Assembly (NCBI RefSeq): GCF_006345805.1
Contig: NC_042997.1
Coordinates: 71,176,001 to 71,240,000, forward strand
Source: Octopus sinensis
Taxonomy: Eukaryota
Length of the DNA stretch: 64,000 bases
Direction of reading: 5' to 3'
This document shows, one piece after another, positions 13,143 through 26,329 of this stretch. A program made the translations under genes and the position numbers. The notes under the pieces are model-generated. The model saw nothing but the letters and a program-made list of their open reading frames with translations. It made no database searches and was not told where the DNA came from. The stretch's first letter is position 1. Every line of letters starts with the position of its first letter.

Positions 13143-13315
13143 TAATCAAATATCGATTGATTTTCGTTATTTTTCCTCTCTGCCTGCGTGGATTGTTTTC
13201 GAGTACTTTGTTTTTGTCCGGGAGTCTCTTTTTAAAATAGAGGAAATAGCTAAGGTTCTTTGGCTGCTATTTCTAAACTTCGGTATGCGGTAAAGCAAAT
13301 CTTTACTGAACCCTA

Positions 13316-13379
<64 letters not shown>

Positions 13380-13382
<3 letters not shown>

Positions 13383-13535
13383 GATGGTCTATTTTCAGTT
13401 TTCGTCTTCTACATTCACTCACAATGCTTTAATCGATCCGTGGATGTACCAGCGGGCACTTGTCCAAAGTGCCACGCAGTGGACTGAACCCGGAACTACG
13501 TTGTGAAACGAACCTCTTACTACACAACTATATCT
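13380..13535 (-). mobile_element. SINE type A 5' fragment
   Basis: gtgccacgcagtggactgaacccggaac is the reverse complement of the type A head. Confidence 0.7.
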
Positions 13536-13739
13536 ATGCCAATATGGAATGCATGTATGTATTAAGAATTACAAAAATACGTGTGTAATATATTTTATAT
13601 CCAGACAATTACGGACAACTAGGAGTATGGCAATAGTCGGTAGATTGCAGTTAGCAGATCCATGTTTGTCTCGGACAGACAAACCTCCGTGACGTGCAGT
13701 TTTGATTCTGTTACCGTCACTTAGTTGCATTCATGTTCT

Positions 13740-14450
13740 ATGGCTGATTTGGTATGTGTTCTACAGTTGGATACCCTTCCTAATGACAATCACTTAACCA
13801 AGTGCACTGAGTGCATTTTACGGGGTACCAGCATCGGTGAAGTCGTCATTGGCCTGCAAGTTAAAGTCCCTCAGTTGAAAATGGGGTATAAACTGAAGAA
13901 AGAAACAATTGTAGAGGGAGAGGAGCGGGTTTCTTGTTGAAGAGGTGAATACATAGTTGGCCGACCTGGAAAGCGAAAGAAAGAAAGAGAAAGAGAAAGA
14001 CGTGTGACGTCCGGGTACAGAGTGAATATAGTGAGAGTTGGAAGTGCGGCGAATGAAAATAGTGTTACAGTTGATTAGAGATAGGGAATGAATTGTACGC
14101 AGAGGATATCAGTTCAGTGTAGCAGGAAGAGAAATAAATGGAAGTTTAGTTGTGGGAGAAGGCTTGGCAGAAACACAATTCTGCTGAGATGGATGGGTCT
14201 TCTCAAACACATGGTAACGCCATTCATCTCAGTACTCAGTCATCTCTGAGAGGCTCAACATCTTGAAATCTGTCTTCAACTCTTCGTTCATCGTCTTCCT
14301 ATGTCTACGTCTTCCACATATTCCTTCCACGTTTATCGATCGACACTTCTTTATGCAACTGACCTTATCCATCAACATTACAAGATCATACGAGCGCAAT
14401 CTTTTCGCCTGTGCATTACATTTGATATCTCTTATGTCCAATGTTTCTCT
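13740..14450 (-). mobile_element. RTE-clade LINE 3' end (ORF C-terminus and 3' UTR), decayed
   Basis: IRDIKCNAQAKRLRSYDLVMLMDKVSCIKKCRSINVEGICGRRRHRKT is a degenerate RLRWYGHV.RM...VEG..GRGRPRKTW. Confidence 0.75.
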
Positions 14451-15029
14451 AAATGCATCTTTACTTTGTCATACATGCACACTGGCACAGAGAATACGTG
14501 CTTAATTTCTTTCTCGTTTCCGTATGTCATCTGCACTTACAGCCCAATTTTCACAGCTATATGGTTATTAGTACACAGGCGTCATACAATCTGCCTTTCA
14601 TTCTGAGAGAGGCCTTTCTTTTACCAACGGAGGTGTGTGTGTGTGTATGTGTGTGTGTGTACATGATACAGTCTTTGTAACCATTAAAAATATACTTTCA
14701 ATTTATTTCTATTTTTATAATAATAATATATATCATTAGACCTCAGTGCCTGTAGGTCTTTGGTCGTTCATACACACCCGGTTAATTATCTGCAACTTAA
14801 TCTTCTTACTATAAAAACCATTGAAATATTGTTATAGGAAACAGTGTGGTGTGGATTGGATCTCCGTTGTACGACAGTAAGGATTCGCGTGTAAGTAACT
14901 TGATCGTTCGTCAAAAATATGTACCATTGACACATTTCTCAAGCAGAAATCGACACGAAGCAATTATGCAACAGAACTGTATTTTAAGAAGTCTAGGTAC
15001 AATCCAGCCGGTGAGTTTATCTTTCGTCA

Positions 15030-15300
15030 TTTATCTTTTACTTGTTTCTGACATTGGACTATGGCCATGCTGGGACACCATGGTAAAGGATTTTAATCGA
15101 CCCCCAACATTTATTTTTTACAGCTTGGTAATAATTCTATCTGTATGTATTTGCAGAACCGGTAAGTTACGTGAACAAATCAAGACCGGTTGTCAAGCGG
15201 TGTTGGGGACAGACACAAGCATAAATACAAACATCAAACATACATATATAATTCTTTTATTCTTTTCAGCCAGGCGGCTGTGGTCATGCTAGAGTTTGTA
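15030..15300 (-). mobile_element. SINE 3' portion
   Basis: ctatggccatgctgggacacc...ggttgtcaagcggtgttggggacagacac is the reverse complement of the type A 3' half. Confidence 0.6.
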
Positions 15301-15346
15301 TACACACACACTTATTTATGTATGTATATAATCTATGTATGTACGC

Positions 15347-15444
<98 letters not shown>

Positions 15445-15583
15445 CAATTTTTTGGCTCAAAAAGCAAAAAGCAAGGCCATGTAGGGGGACATGGAGTTCT
15501 GTACAGAGTGGTGTTCATGTAAAGAGTTCAGGCCACTTGAGGTCAAGGGAGACTTTGACCGAGGTCAAAGGAGACTTATATAT

Positions 15584-16394
15584 ATTACATGGAAAAATGC
15601 GAGCAAGAGACATAATATTCTTAAGATTATAAACCTGGAAAAATTACAGGACAAGTTATTACACTTGGGAAAGTTGAGGACAACTTATTACATCTCGTAA
15701 TGAACAAGGAAATTTTTATTTAAAATATTGCAGCCGAGGATAAAATTTCAAATAAAATATTTAAATTTAGAAAATATTAGCTTTTATTAAAATTTAAATG
15801 TTTTATCACGTGTTTATTACTTCTAATTGTTATTACTTGGTACTTCTATTAAAAATAATAAAATAACTCAAAATATATTTTGCACTTTAAAAAATTCAGC
15901 TTTTTAATTATTAATTGATAATTAGAAATTTAAAAATAAGTTATAAAAATAATAGTAGTACAAAATTAGTACAATAAATAGACCTATAACAACAAACTCA
16001 CAATAAAATTTGCCTAAGTTATTGCTAGGTTTTCACATTTTTAGTCTTGTGCCAATGCCTATTTTTTACATAAAGAATTTGTGTACCATATATACTATTC
16101 TATTTTGCATAAAACTTTAGCTATATTGGCACTTCTGGCTCTCGTTTTTTAAGTATTGTAGTGTGCCAATATTTTAACAAAATGATAGCACATTTTTAAT
16201 TATAATGTTACTTTGTAAATTAAAATCAAATAACTTTTAATATCTAAATTTTATCCTTAGCTGCAATATTTTAAGTAAAATTTTTTTTTCTGTACTTTAC
16301 CAGAACTTTTCCAACTGTAATAAGTTGTCCTGTAATTTTCCAGGTTTATAATCTTAAGAATATTATTTTCCTTGCTCCCATTTTACCATGTAAT
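15584..16394. mobile_element. MITE/foldback-like element with about 200-bp imperfect TIRs
   Basis: attacatggaaaaatg...taatattcttaagattataaacctggaaaa vs ttttccaggtttataatcttaagaatatta...ccatgtaat. AT-rich non-coding interior; no clear TSD. Confidence 0.6.
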
Positions 16395-17127
16395 CCATGT
16401 TTTTCCAGGCTATGCTATTATGCTAATTAATAATGTGTCAAATATATCAATTAGCGGTGTCGTTGATAATTTTTCCCTTAACTCAATGACACTGGTCAAA
16501 TATATTAAAAGTCCCATTATAGAACTATATTCATAAAAATGTATAGAACTATATTCATAAAAATGTATTATCACCCTCAAATTTGAGAAACAAACAATCA
16601 TAAGTTTTTTTCTTTAAAAACTTCATTGCATTAGATTGATACCATGAAATTTCTTGAATTGAGCTCTATCATTTAAGCTTAATTAAAATATAGTTTGTTT
16701 TTAAAATAAAATAGTTAGTTATACTTAAATACAATTTTTCCTTACTTATATTTTTTCATATTTTACCTAAACTTTTTTAATACAAATTTTTGTTACATGG
16801 GAACAAAACTATGAAATTCTTCATGCTTTCTTCTATCAGTGAATCTAAGATAGATATATTTTGCTTTTAAAATAAAATAAGTTATTTATATCTAAACTTG
16901 ATTAGTGGTACTCTCCTATAACGTTGCTACAAATTTTGGTGTAAACTTTTTCTACTTGGAACAATTCTCAATTTTTTATGCCAAAATGTAGCTAGGGACT
17001 TGTTCTCTTTAACAATGTTAACAGTATTCAATTTGGTTAAGAACTGAATTGGCAACAAGCTCTGAAAGGTACTGCGTGTGAGTGAATTGCGGCCTTAAGA
17101 ATATTCAACTACTACCGTAGTTGAATG

Positions 17128-17158
<31 letters not shown>

Positions 17159-20100
17159 TGTATGTATGTATGTATGTATGTATGTATGTATATTTAGAAT
17201 CATTTGATGATCCACTACATTTTACTTGTACGTCTTCTGGAGATTATGCAATACTGGCTAAACTGCTGTGTTGAGAAGAGATGTATTGAAAGGACGACAG
17301 TCAAACCAATTTTCATTGATTTGTGAAAGTCAGGAGTGGTTTATGATGCAAAAAAAAAGGCTAATATAATATTGGCTAGCTTTGTTGACTTTGGCTGCTA
17401 TATTAAACGTTCGGTTAGTTTTGTGAGAATTCATGGGTGTAGCGGTTGTTCGGAAAGTGTCTTAGAAGTGCCCTGTGTCAAAAAATATTATTCGTAGCAG
17501 ACGTTCTTTCGACATCGTTCACACGCGCCTGACTCGGGCTCATGACTTACAGCCCAAGTTGTTATCTATAATCGTAAAAATGAAAAGTATTTCAAATTCA
17601 ATGTTTTCTTGAAGCAATAAATTTCTATAGGGATTAGAATTTAAATTCCAATCTATGAAAAGTTTCCATTCTGCAATATTCTTAAAGGAACGAAAATTTA
17701 TCCAGCAACTCGAGCTAATACGAACGAGCTTAGTGGGTGTAAAAAACTAACTGGCATCTCTTATCAAGAGTACAGACAACAGTTAGATCGCCGATGTTTG
17801 TTGTGCACACAGCTATCGTTATTTGATTGCTCTTATTCTGTGCGTCTGTGTGCAAAGATCAGTTATATTTTGTCAGGGTTGCTTTATTTTAACCCTTATC
17901 TTAGAAATGGGTAAATACATAGGGCTAGATATAACAAATAAGGCATTTGGAGCTAGAAAAGCCCCAGAAAAGCGTGAAGTTCTTCGAACAGGCATGCGTC
18001 TTATGCGAGATCTGTGATGAGCCCGAGTGACGCTGATGACCTGGAGTCTCCTTTGTATAATATATAATAATATAGTAAAACATTATATAATATAATATAA
18101 TATTATATATTTTACACACACGTACACATAATGCATACAGGATACAAAAACACTTCGCAAACAGCAACGGTCAATAAATCAGAAAAAAAATTTTTTATTT
18201 ATTCTTCCTGTGCGGCGTGGTACTAGTTCGTGGTACGGTGGTTGGGTTTGCCAATCCTAACGGACAAATGGAAGGATTTGATGAGTTACAACTTGGTGTT
18301 TGTAACATTGGGGAACGTTTCAGTAATGATAAACAATATTAATCAGGTACGAAAACATTTTTGCTATAAGTATTAATAAAACTTATTTTATTTGCGTGCG
18401 GGGGAAAAAGTGCTGTCTTACTAGAGATATGTAAGTTCCGATACATGTTGTAAGGTGAACTATATCAGATTTCCTTCTTGTGCCTATTTCTTCCTATGTA
18501 GGGGATATTGCATGTATACTAGTGTCGAATGAAAACCTCTCTACCTAGTGTGTTATTCAAAAAGCGGGATTATAATGAGAGTAGTGAATGTGTGTATGTG
18601 TATGTATGTGTGTGTGAGTGTGCGTATGTTTGCGTCTATGTGTGTCTGCGTATGTATGTTTGCGTGTGTGTTTGTGTGTGTTTTTGTATGTGCATGTGTA
18701 TGCGCATAGCTGTATTTCTATACATATATTTATACCTATATATGCTTATGTATATTTATGCACACACACACACACACACACACACGCGCTCAAACATACA
18801 ACTGATGAGCTTCCCCATATTTCCATTCACCAAATTCTAGAGTAACTCAGAAGCAAGAGCACATGATTGCTAAACGGCTCACTCGGCCACAGTTTTTATG
18901 TTTAGCTACTAGCAATAGTATCCTGATTTCAAATCACTCGAGATTCAACTTTGCCTCTTCTAACTCAAGGGCGGGTAAATTTTGGTTTTATTAATTTAAG
19001 GCACAACACTTTTTTTCATTCTGTTCTTTATCTTCAATTTTCTGGCCTTGTAGGAAATCAATGATGTTAAAGTTTAACAGAATAATAAAAAAAAATGATG
19101 AAGCTGGACTAAATACTTTGTTTTCCTATATTAACTGTCCCTGTTTTTGACTTACTGTTTTATATACTCCGTCTTGATTAATATCAACTAAGTTCTGGAT
19201 TCGATTTTTCCTGAAAAAAATCTATAACTTTGTAATAAAATGAAAACAAAGCTCTGTCCAAATATAATCTTATAATACAATGTGGCATCCATATTAAAAG
19301 CATTAGTTAATTTAGTGTTAAAATAAAACAATATCTGAATCCGTAGAAATTCTGAAAGTTTGAGCCGATAATAACACATGAAAAGTAGGTTTTGAAGTTT
19401 GTTAATCAATTGGTGTGAGGAGTGGTAAAACGAACATTTCTGGGCCCATTCTCTTCAACACAGAGTAGAAACCACAGGAGTTGTATGTCTTAATGAAGAT
19501 ACGGGAACATATTTAATGCAGAAGTTATGGAATAATTAGCAATTAAAAGTGAATGAAACAAATTTCAACAAATATATTATTTGTAAACAAAAACGAACAA
19601 TTATTTTAGTCATTTTGTTATGTTCGAAAGACAACTTTGGACAAGTTTGAAGTTTATCATGACCTCATCAGAGGAGAATAATGTTTATCAACAATTTAGA
19701 GAGTAACTTAGGAAAATCATTATATGTTATTAAGAGTGAGAGTGGCAGAAGATATAGTAAGCTTCTGCATTATAACTTAAGTTCTGAGTTCAATTCTACC
19801 GTAACCGAATACGGTCGATAAAAAAAATAAAAACAAAGATGAAAAGGATGATTGATCCAATCGATTTCTTTTCCGCCATTAATTCACATTCATACGTTAT
19901 CTGAATGCACCAATAAAAAATATAAATCATTATTGCATATTACGTTCAGTGTATGTTTTCATGCAGTGAAGTGGAGTGTTTTTTTAATAAACTGTTTGGT
20001 TTGTAGTTCATTTTTATGTTAGTTTCAAATAAATTGGGTGTGTTTTACTTGGGTGTTTTGATGTTTGTTTAGGGTTTGTGTATGCATGTGTGCGTGTATA

Positions 20101-20173
20101 TGTGGGATGGATATATTGTTATGCACAACTATGTGTGTGTATGTAAGTATTTGTAAGAGTGTAGGCATGTGAG

Positions 20174-20208
<35 letters not shown>

Positions 20209-20503
20209 ATGCATATGTTATGCGTGTGTTTGCTGTTGGAATGGTATAGAAACTAACGTGGTAGCGATGGTAGCCGCCAGCATTATATTTGTCTTGCGTC
20301 CCTTCCAGCACAAACCGCGTGCCTTACTCTGCTATAGAGACAGCTGTAAGTACTCACTGGTTTCGGCACCTGACAATGTTGATACGATGAAGCAGCGGTG
20401 AAAGGGAAAAAAAGGAAGGAAGGAAAGGAGAAACATGAAACACTTCTCATCGAAGGGAACATTTGGATAGATGGGCCATGATGAAACTATTTATTGCCGT
20501 ATG

Positions 20504-20566
<63 letters not shown>

Positions 20567-21889
20567 TATATCATACACACATGCATATTATGTATGTATT
20601 TTTGTATGTGTGTATCTACGATATATATTATATATTTATGTATATCAAGAAGGTAAATATTTGTGTATGTATACTCATAGACACACACAGGCACATACGC
20701 ACACATACATTATCAGTTTATATGTGTATACGTTTATACAAATATAAAAATGTGTGTGCTATGTGCTGGGTCGACTGCATATGTGTGCTTGTGTGTGTGT
20801 GTGCGTGTGTGTATGTGTGTGTTTTATGTGTGTGTGTGTGTGTGCATATATTCAGACAGGGTGTTCCATATGTCAGACCGCAATTAAATATTTTCCAGAA
20901 AACTGACAGATTTATAGGACACATCCATATACATACATACGTATATATATACATATATATATATACATACACACACATACACACACATATATATACATAT
21001 ATATATAATCTCGTTTATATATACATATGTTTGTGTATATGCATATATTTATACTTACATATGTGTGTGTATGTATATATATGTGTATATATATATATAT
21101 ACATATATACATATATGTGTGAGTGTGTGTGTATGTATATGTATATATATACATATGAAAGTATAAAAAACGCATATGTGTGTGTACGTATATATATATA
21201 TATATATATATAACTGAATAAATAAATATGTGAAGTGGCTGACATAGCACCAATGCGCATGCCTGCTGCATGTTCCTTGAAGAAAATAAAAGTGAATAAA
21301 AAGAAACGTCTGCAGGTTATAGTCATAACTTTTTCTTTATTTTTCTCATTTTTTTTCCTTGAAACATTTCGTTGTGAATAAATAACAAACGTATGCTTGC
21401 TCTGTCGCCAGTCTGACCAGAAAAATTGTTTATTTGAAGATTTATTCATATTTTGATAAAAGAGAAAACAGATTACACAAATGTGATTGCGTCCATGTAA
21501 ATCACCTGTGTTGTAGAACGGACTAAATAGTGAAACTCATCATGTTATTTTTCTTCTTGTGATTGTTCTTACTTCAGCTTTTAGTTTATTTTTCTTCTTT
21601 CAATTTCTTACATTTTGTTATGCAAAACTGGAATAGCGGAATGGCAACACCAGACACCAGTAAACTATCAGGCTCTACGTTTTGAGTTCAAAATCAAAAG
21701 AAAGCACGTAATATACTGAATTCGGGTATCATAATTTCTTATTACTATCGAGAGAGTATTTGTGAAATATAAACTTAATGACTAAAATGTAGTAAAGTGG
21801 CTACGTACCGGACGTTAAGAACATTATATCTTTATTGGAGACATTTTCGTGTGTGATAACATTGTTGATATACGTAAATCAGATAATGG

Positions 21890-22036
21890 ATCGACCCCAG
21901 TCCTTATGTTTTTAGTCTGGTACTTATTCCACCGGTCTCTTTTGCCGAATCGCTAAGTTACGGGGACGTAAACACACCAACACCGGTTGTTAAGTGGTAG
22001 CTGGGGACAAATACAGACAGACACAGACACACACAT

Positions 22037-22097
<61 letters not shown>

Positions 22098-22343
22098 TAT
22101 ATAATTAATCAATATAGGGTGGCCAAAAAATTTTGTAGAATTTTTTTGCCACCAGCGGCCTAGTGGGAAAAAAATTAAATAGTCGTAGACCATTTTTAAG
22201 TTCAACATCACTATCAAGGAACGGCCATAATAGGCCATTCACCCACTAGAAATAACAGCCAAAAGCTTCAACCGCGGTTGAAGCTTTTGGCTGTTATTTC
22301 TAGTGGGTGAATGGCCTATTATGGCCGTTCCTTGATTGTGATG

Positions 22344-22377
<34 letters not shown>

Positions 22378-22525
22378 CTTCTTTCCGTTTCCGTCTACCA
22401 AATCCACTCACAAGGCTTTGGTCAGCCCGAGGCTATAGTGGAAGACACTTGCCCAAGGCGCTAGGACTGAATCCGGAACCACGTGGTTGGGAAGCAAGCT
22501 TCTTGCCACACAGCCATTCCTGCGC
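21890..22525 (-). mobile_element. SINE type A split by a family-2 palindrome inserted in its central microsatellite
   Basis: 3' half at 21890-22025 and 5' half at 22365-22525, both reverse complements of the type A sequence. Confidence 0.8.
22101..22343. repeat. Truncated family-2 insertion containing a 69-bp-arm spacerless palindrome (22206-22343)
   Basis: Centre caaccg|cggttg at 22274/22275, with 1 mismatch. Sequence matches the 56.6-58.3 kb array. Confidence 0.9.
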
Positions 22526-24459
22526 CTGTTTTATTTCAGGTTTAGTAAAGCATATTTGTCTATAGAGAGATAGAGTGGTGCTTGAACACTTCTAATGGCA
22601 AAGATATCGAATTGGCACCTGACGACCACAGTTCGACCACTCTATTACCAGCCTCGCATCGTATATACATGTCACAAAACACACCATACTGTATTTGGCT
22701 TATTCCCTTAAGTTATGACCTGATATTGCATTCGTAGCAATGTAGATTATTGTGTTTCATTAACTTGTAGATTTACTTTCGATTCCTCGCAGAAGGGCCA
22801 CTGGCAATAGACTAGCGATTGAGGATATTAATCTCTCATCTACATCTACTCAACACTAGTGATATCAGAGTTAAGAGAGGCATACAGATCTTTGTTCTTC
22901 TGAAAAAAGTGTTAATAATTGTATCGAAACTGGAACGAGATCGCTGATCGTTATTAATGCAGACTTTCGGTGTTTGTCTGTGAAAATAATTCTGCATGCA
23001 AATTATATTTCCAGATAGTCTTAGAAGTGTTGAGATTATAGGAACTCCTGCTCGGCAGAGGCTTTTTAGCCATCTATCAGATCTTAACATAGAGCATAAT
23101 AACAGCTAATACTTCGTTTTCTGAACATAAATATCCATCTATAGAAACACGACTATAGATTCATAATGAATATTTCCAAAAAGGCGAATATTCCGATGAT
23201 TTCTAAGCTAAGATGGCTACTGAAAATTATAATCTCTCTTCTAAACTGTAAAATGTTACAAAAATGTTCAGCAGTGCGGGTGAACTAGATCGACTTTTCC
23301 GCACTGTAAGAAGGGAGACATAAATAAGCCTGCCGGACATATTTTGTTATTGTCAGTAAGGTAAATTGTAACATTATCTATCTAAGCCATTGTCTAAAGA
23401 GAGCGTAAAAGATTATCTGTTAGTTTGTTTCTAATACATACGAGATGATCAGCTGGTTTGGGTGGTCTTAATAAGACTATCCAGCTCTTTACGACGATTG
23501 TGTTATAACTACTGTCCTGTGGTAGAGCAAATATCGTGAAAGTAGCAATTCACTCGAAGTAAGATTTGCTTTTTACCCTTTTCGAATAGGTAAAATAAGT
23601 ATCAGACTTGTATGATATACAGTCTATTTACTCTAGTCCTTAAGATTTCTGGCTTTGAGCCAAAGCACATTATATTAACCATCATTTCTATGGAGACAAG
23701 CTGATGAAACGTTAATATTTCAGTTGCTTGTAATTTTGGAATGAAATGCTTTATCGTACTCATTTCAGATTTAATGAACTGAATCGGAGAATGTCAGGAG
23801 GTTTTTTTTTCTATAAATGAATTTTAAAAATAGATTTATGGACGGTCACAAGACATAGAGGTTGAAAATGTATCAACTGCCGCACTCTTTTCTCATGACT
23901 TTGTTATGAATAACAATATTGTAATACAAACTAACCAGCCTTCCGAGTAGTAATAATTGTTGTGTAGCACATTCATATCAGACCTGATCGAGCAAACTAA
24001 ACAAATCTATTTTTGCTGTGATCATCATTTTAAGGGTATTTAATGTTTTGTTGCTTTTTTAAAAACAAAACAAAATTAAAAAAAAACAATGTGATGTGAT
24101 ATGAAATAGAATTCAGGTCGAAGAAATACGAGGAGATCATTTTGAAGTTTCAAGTGTTTCAGGTTAGACATGCGAGTTCAAATCCCAGTGTAGCTAACAT
24201 TCTAGATCGATTATCAGTCCCTCTCAGTCTGTTTGTGTCTCTGTTGTGTGTGTGTGTGTGTGTGTCTGTTGTATGTATGTGTGTGTATGTGTGTGCGTGC
24301 GTGTGTGTGTCTAGTTATGTTTCTGTGTGTGTGTCTAGTTATGTATCTATCCATCTATCTCTGTGTGTCTGCTTCTCTGTATCTCTTCTTATCTGTGTGT
24401 GTGTCTGTCTATCTATCTCTCTATTATCCTTCTATCTTACTATCTATCTTTATGTCTGT

Positions 24460-24490
24460 CTATCTGTTTGTCTATCTATCTATCTATCTA

Positions 24491-24542
<52 letters not shown>

Positions 24543-24549
24543 ATATATA

Positions 24550-24636
<87 letters not shown>

Positions 24637-24650
24637 ATATATATATATCA
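24460..24650. repeat. (TATC)n microsatellite within a compound TG/TATC/TTTC tract
   Basis: Direct reading. Confidence 0.95.
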
Positions 24651-25265
24651 AGCTAACTGGCTATCTACATATCTATCTATTGTCTATCTATCTATATATC
24701 TTTCTTTCTTTCTTTTTCTTTCTTTCTTTCTTTCTTTCTTTCGTTTTCTTTCTTCTTGCTTTCTTTCTTGCTTCCATGCTTGGTTGCTGGCTTGTTTTCA
24801 ACTTTGCTTTGTTTCTCTCGAAATCTGCTATGATGAAAACCTATGATCGAAGACACTCTAGCCATGGACATCTAATTTTTCATTCCAGACATTGTCTCTC
24901 TAGGAATACACCTTCCAATATGCATTACTCCATTTTTAAAAACGACACAAATTAGAGAGAAGTTTGATTGCTATTTCTAGCAAGCCAAGTGGCTGTGTAA
25001 AGCATCCATAGCAGAATCCAAGGGTGGGAATTGTAGTGTCGATTTAATGATACGACAAATTATATATGAAATAAGACAGGATGTGGAATTTGACAGATCC
25101 CTTAATGGGTTTCTTGAGATACCTTATTAAAACACTTAATAACAAGCAACACTGTGCTCATTCATATGTATCATCTTGTTTCCCTTTCATAACTTATTCA
25201 ACACACCTCTTTGGCGATGGAGGTAATTGCTGTACATTGTATTTCCCTTGTACTACGTACTCAGC

Positions 25266-25359
<94 letters not shown>

Positions 25360-25809
25360 GTCTGTATGTCTGTATGTCTGTCTATTCCCTTATTTTGTCT
25401 TAATATATGCATAAACACGCGTGCGCACATGTATAAGCACAAACACACACATAAATATAATATACTTGCCTATACATACATATATAATTTATACACACAC
25501 ATACATATATAAGTGTATGTGTGTCTGTGAGTATGCACATATATATTGATAATACGTACACGCATACATTCACACATGCACGCACATACTTTTATATGTG
25601 ATGAAGCATGCGAACAGACATACTAAAACACATACGCAGAACTGCACATGAGCTGTTTGCCTATATCTCGTTTTAATGATATAATGAATATTATGGCAAC
25701 AACAAAGATGGCACAAGAGACGATGATGTTGATGATTCTGATAAAAATAAGGGATTAAATAATAAATAGCGACGATGATAATCACGCTTTTATGCGTGGT
25801 ATTGTCGCC

Positions 25810-25863
25810 GTTGATGATGATGATGGTGATAATCATGATGATGATGGTGATGGTGGTGGTGGC

Positions 25864-25926
<63 letters not shown>

Positions 25927-26035
25927 AACGATGATGATGAAGACGATGACGACGATTATGATGATTATGATGATGATGGTGATGATGATTGTGATGATAA
26001 TGTTGATGATGAGGATGGTGAGGATGATGACAACC
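25810..26035. repeat. (GAT)n trinucleotide microsatellite
   Basis: Direct reading; explains the poly-D/poly-M/poly-I ORFs. Confidence 0.95.
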
Positions 26036-26186
26036 ATGCTGCTACCCCTGTAGATAGATAGATAGATATATAGATAGATAGATAGATAATACATACATAC
26101 ATTCATACATACACACGGTAATTTTGCTTTTATATATGTATGTATGTAGCTATGTATGCATGTATGTATGTATGTATGCATATATG

Positions 26187-26220
<34 letters not shown>

Positions 26221-26329
26221 TGTATGTATGTATGTATGTATGTATGTATGTATGTGTGTAGATTTGTATGTTTTGCTTTATATATGTATTCTCATGCATA
26301 CACTTGCATATCTAGATATATATATTTCA

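Larger units (their letters stand above)
12043..13320. mobile_element. Hammerhead-ribozyme repeat family 1 (unit about 581 nt), head-to-head array
   Basis: Direct repeat starts at 12045 and 12626. Inversion junction at 12805/12806; 12806-13320 is the reverse complement. Both outer ends lie in (TA)n. One HHR per arm. Confidence 0.85.

Noticed and set aside
17530-18033. 12-bp inverted repeat actcgggctcat / atgagcccgagt about 500 bp apart
   Set aside because: No TSD and no transposase motif, so insufficient to call an element.
18178-18345. Signal-peptide-like frame IRKKIFYLFFLCGVVLVRG...
   Set aside because: No ATG, weak acceptor, and a stop before the best donor.
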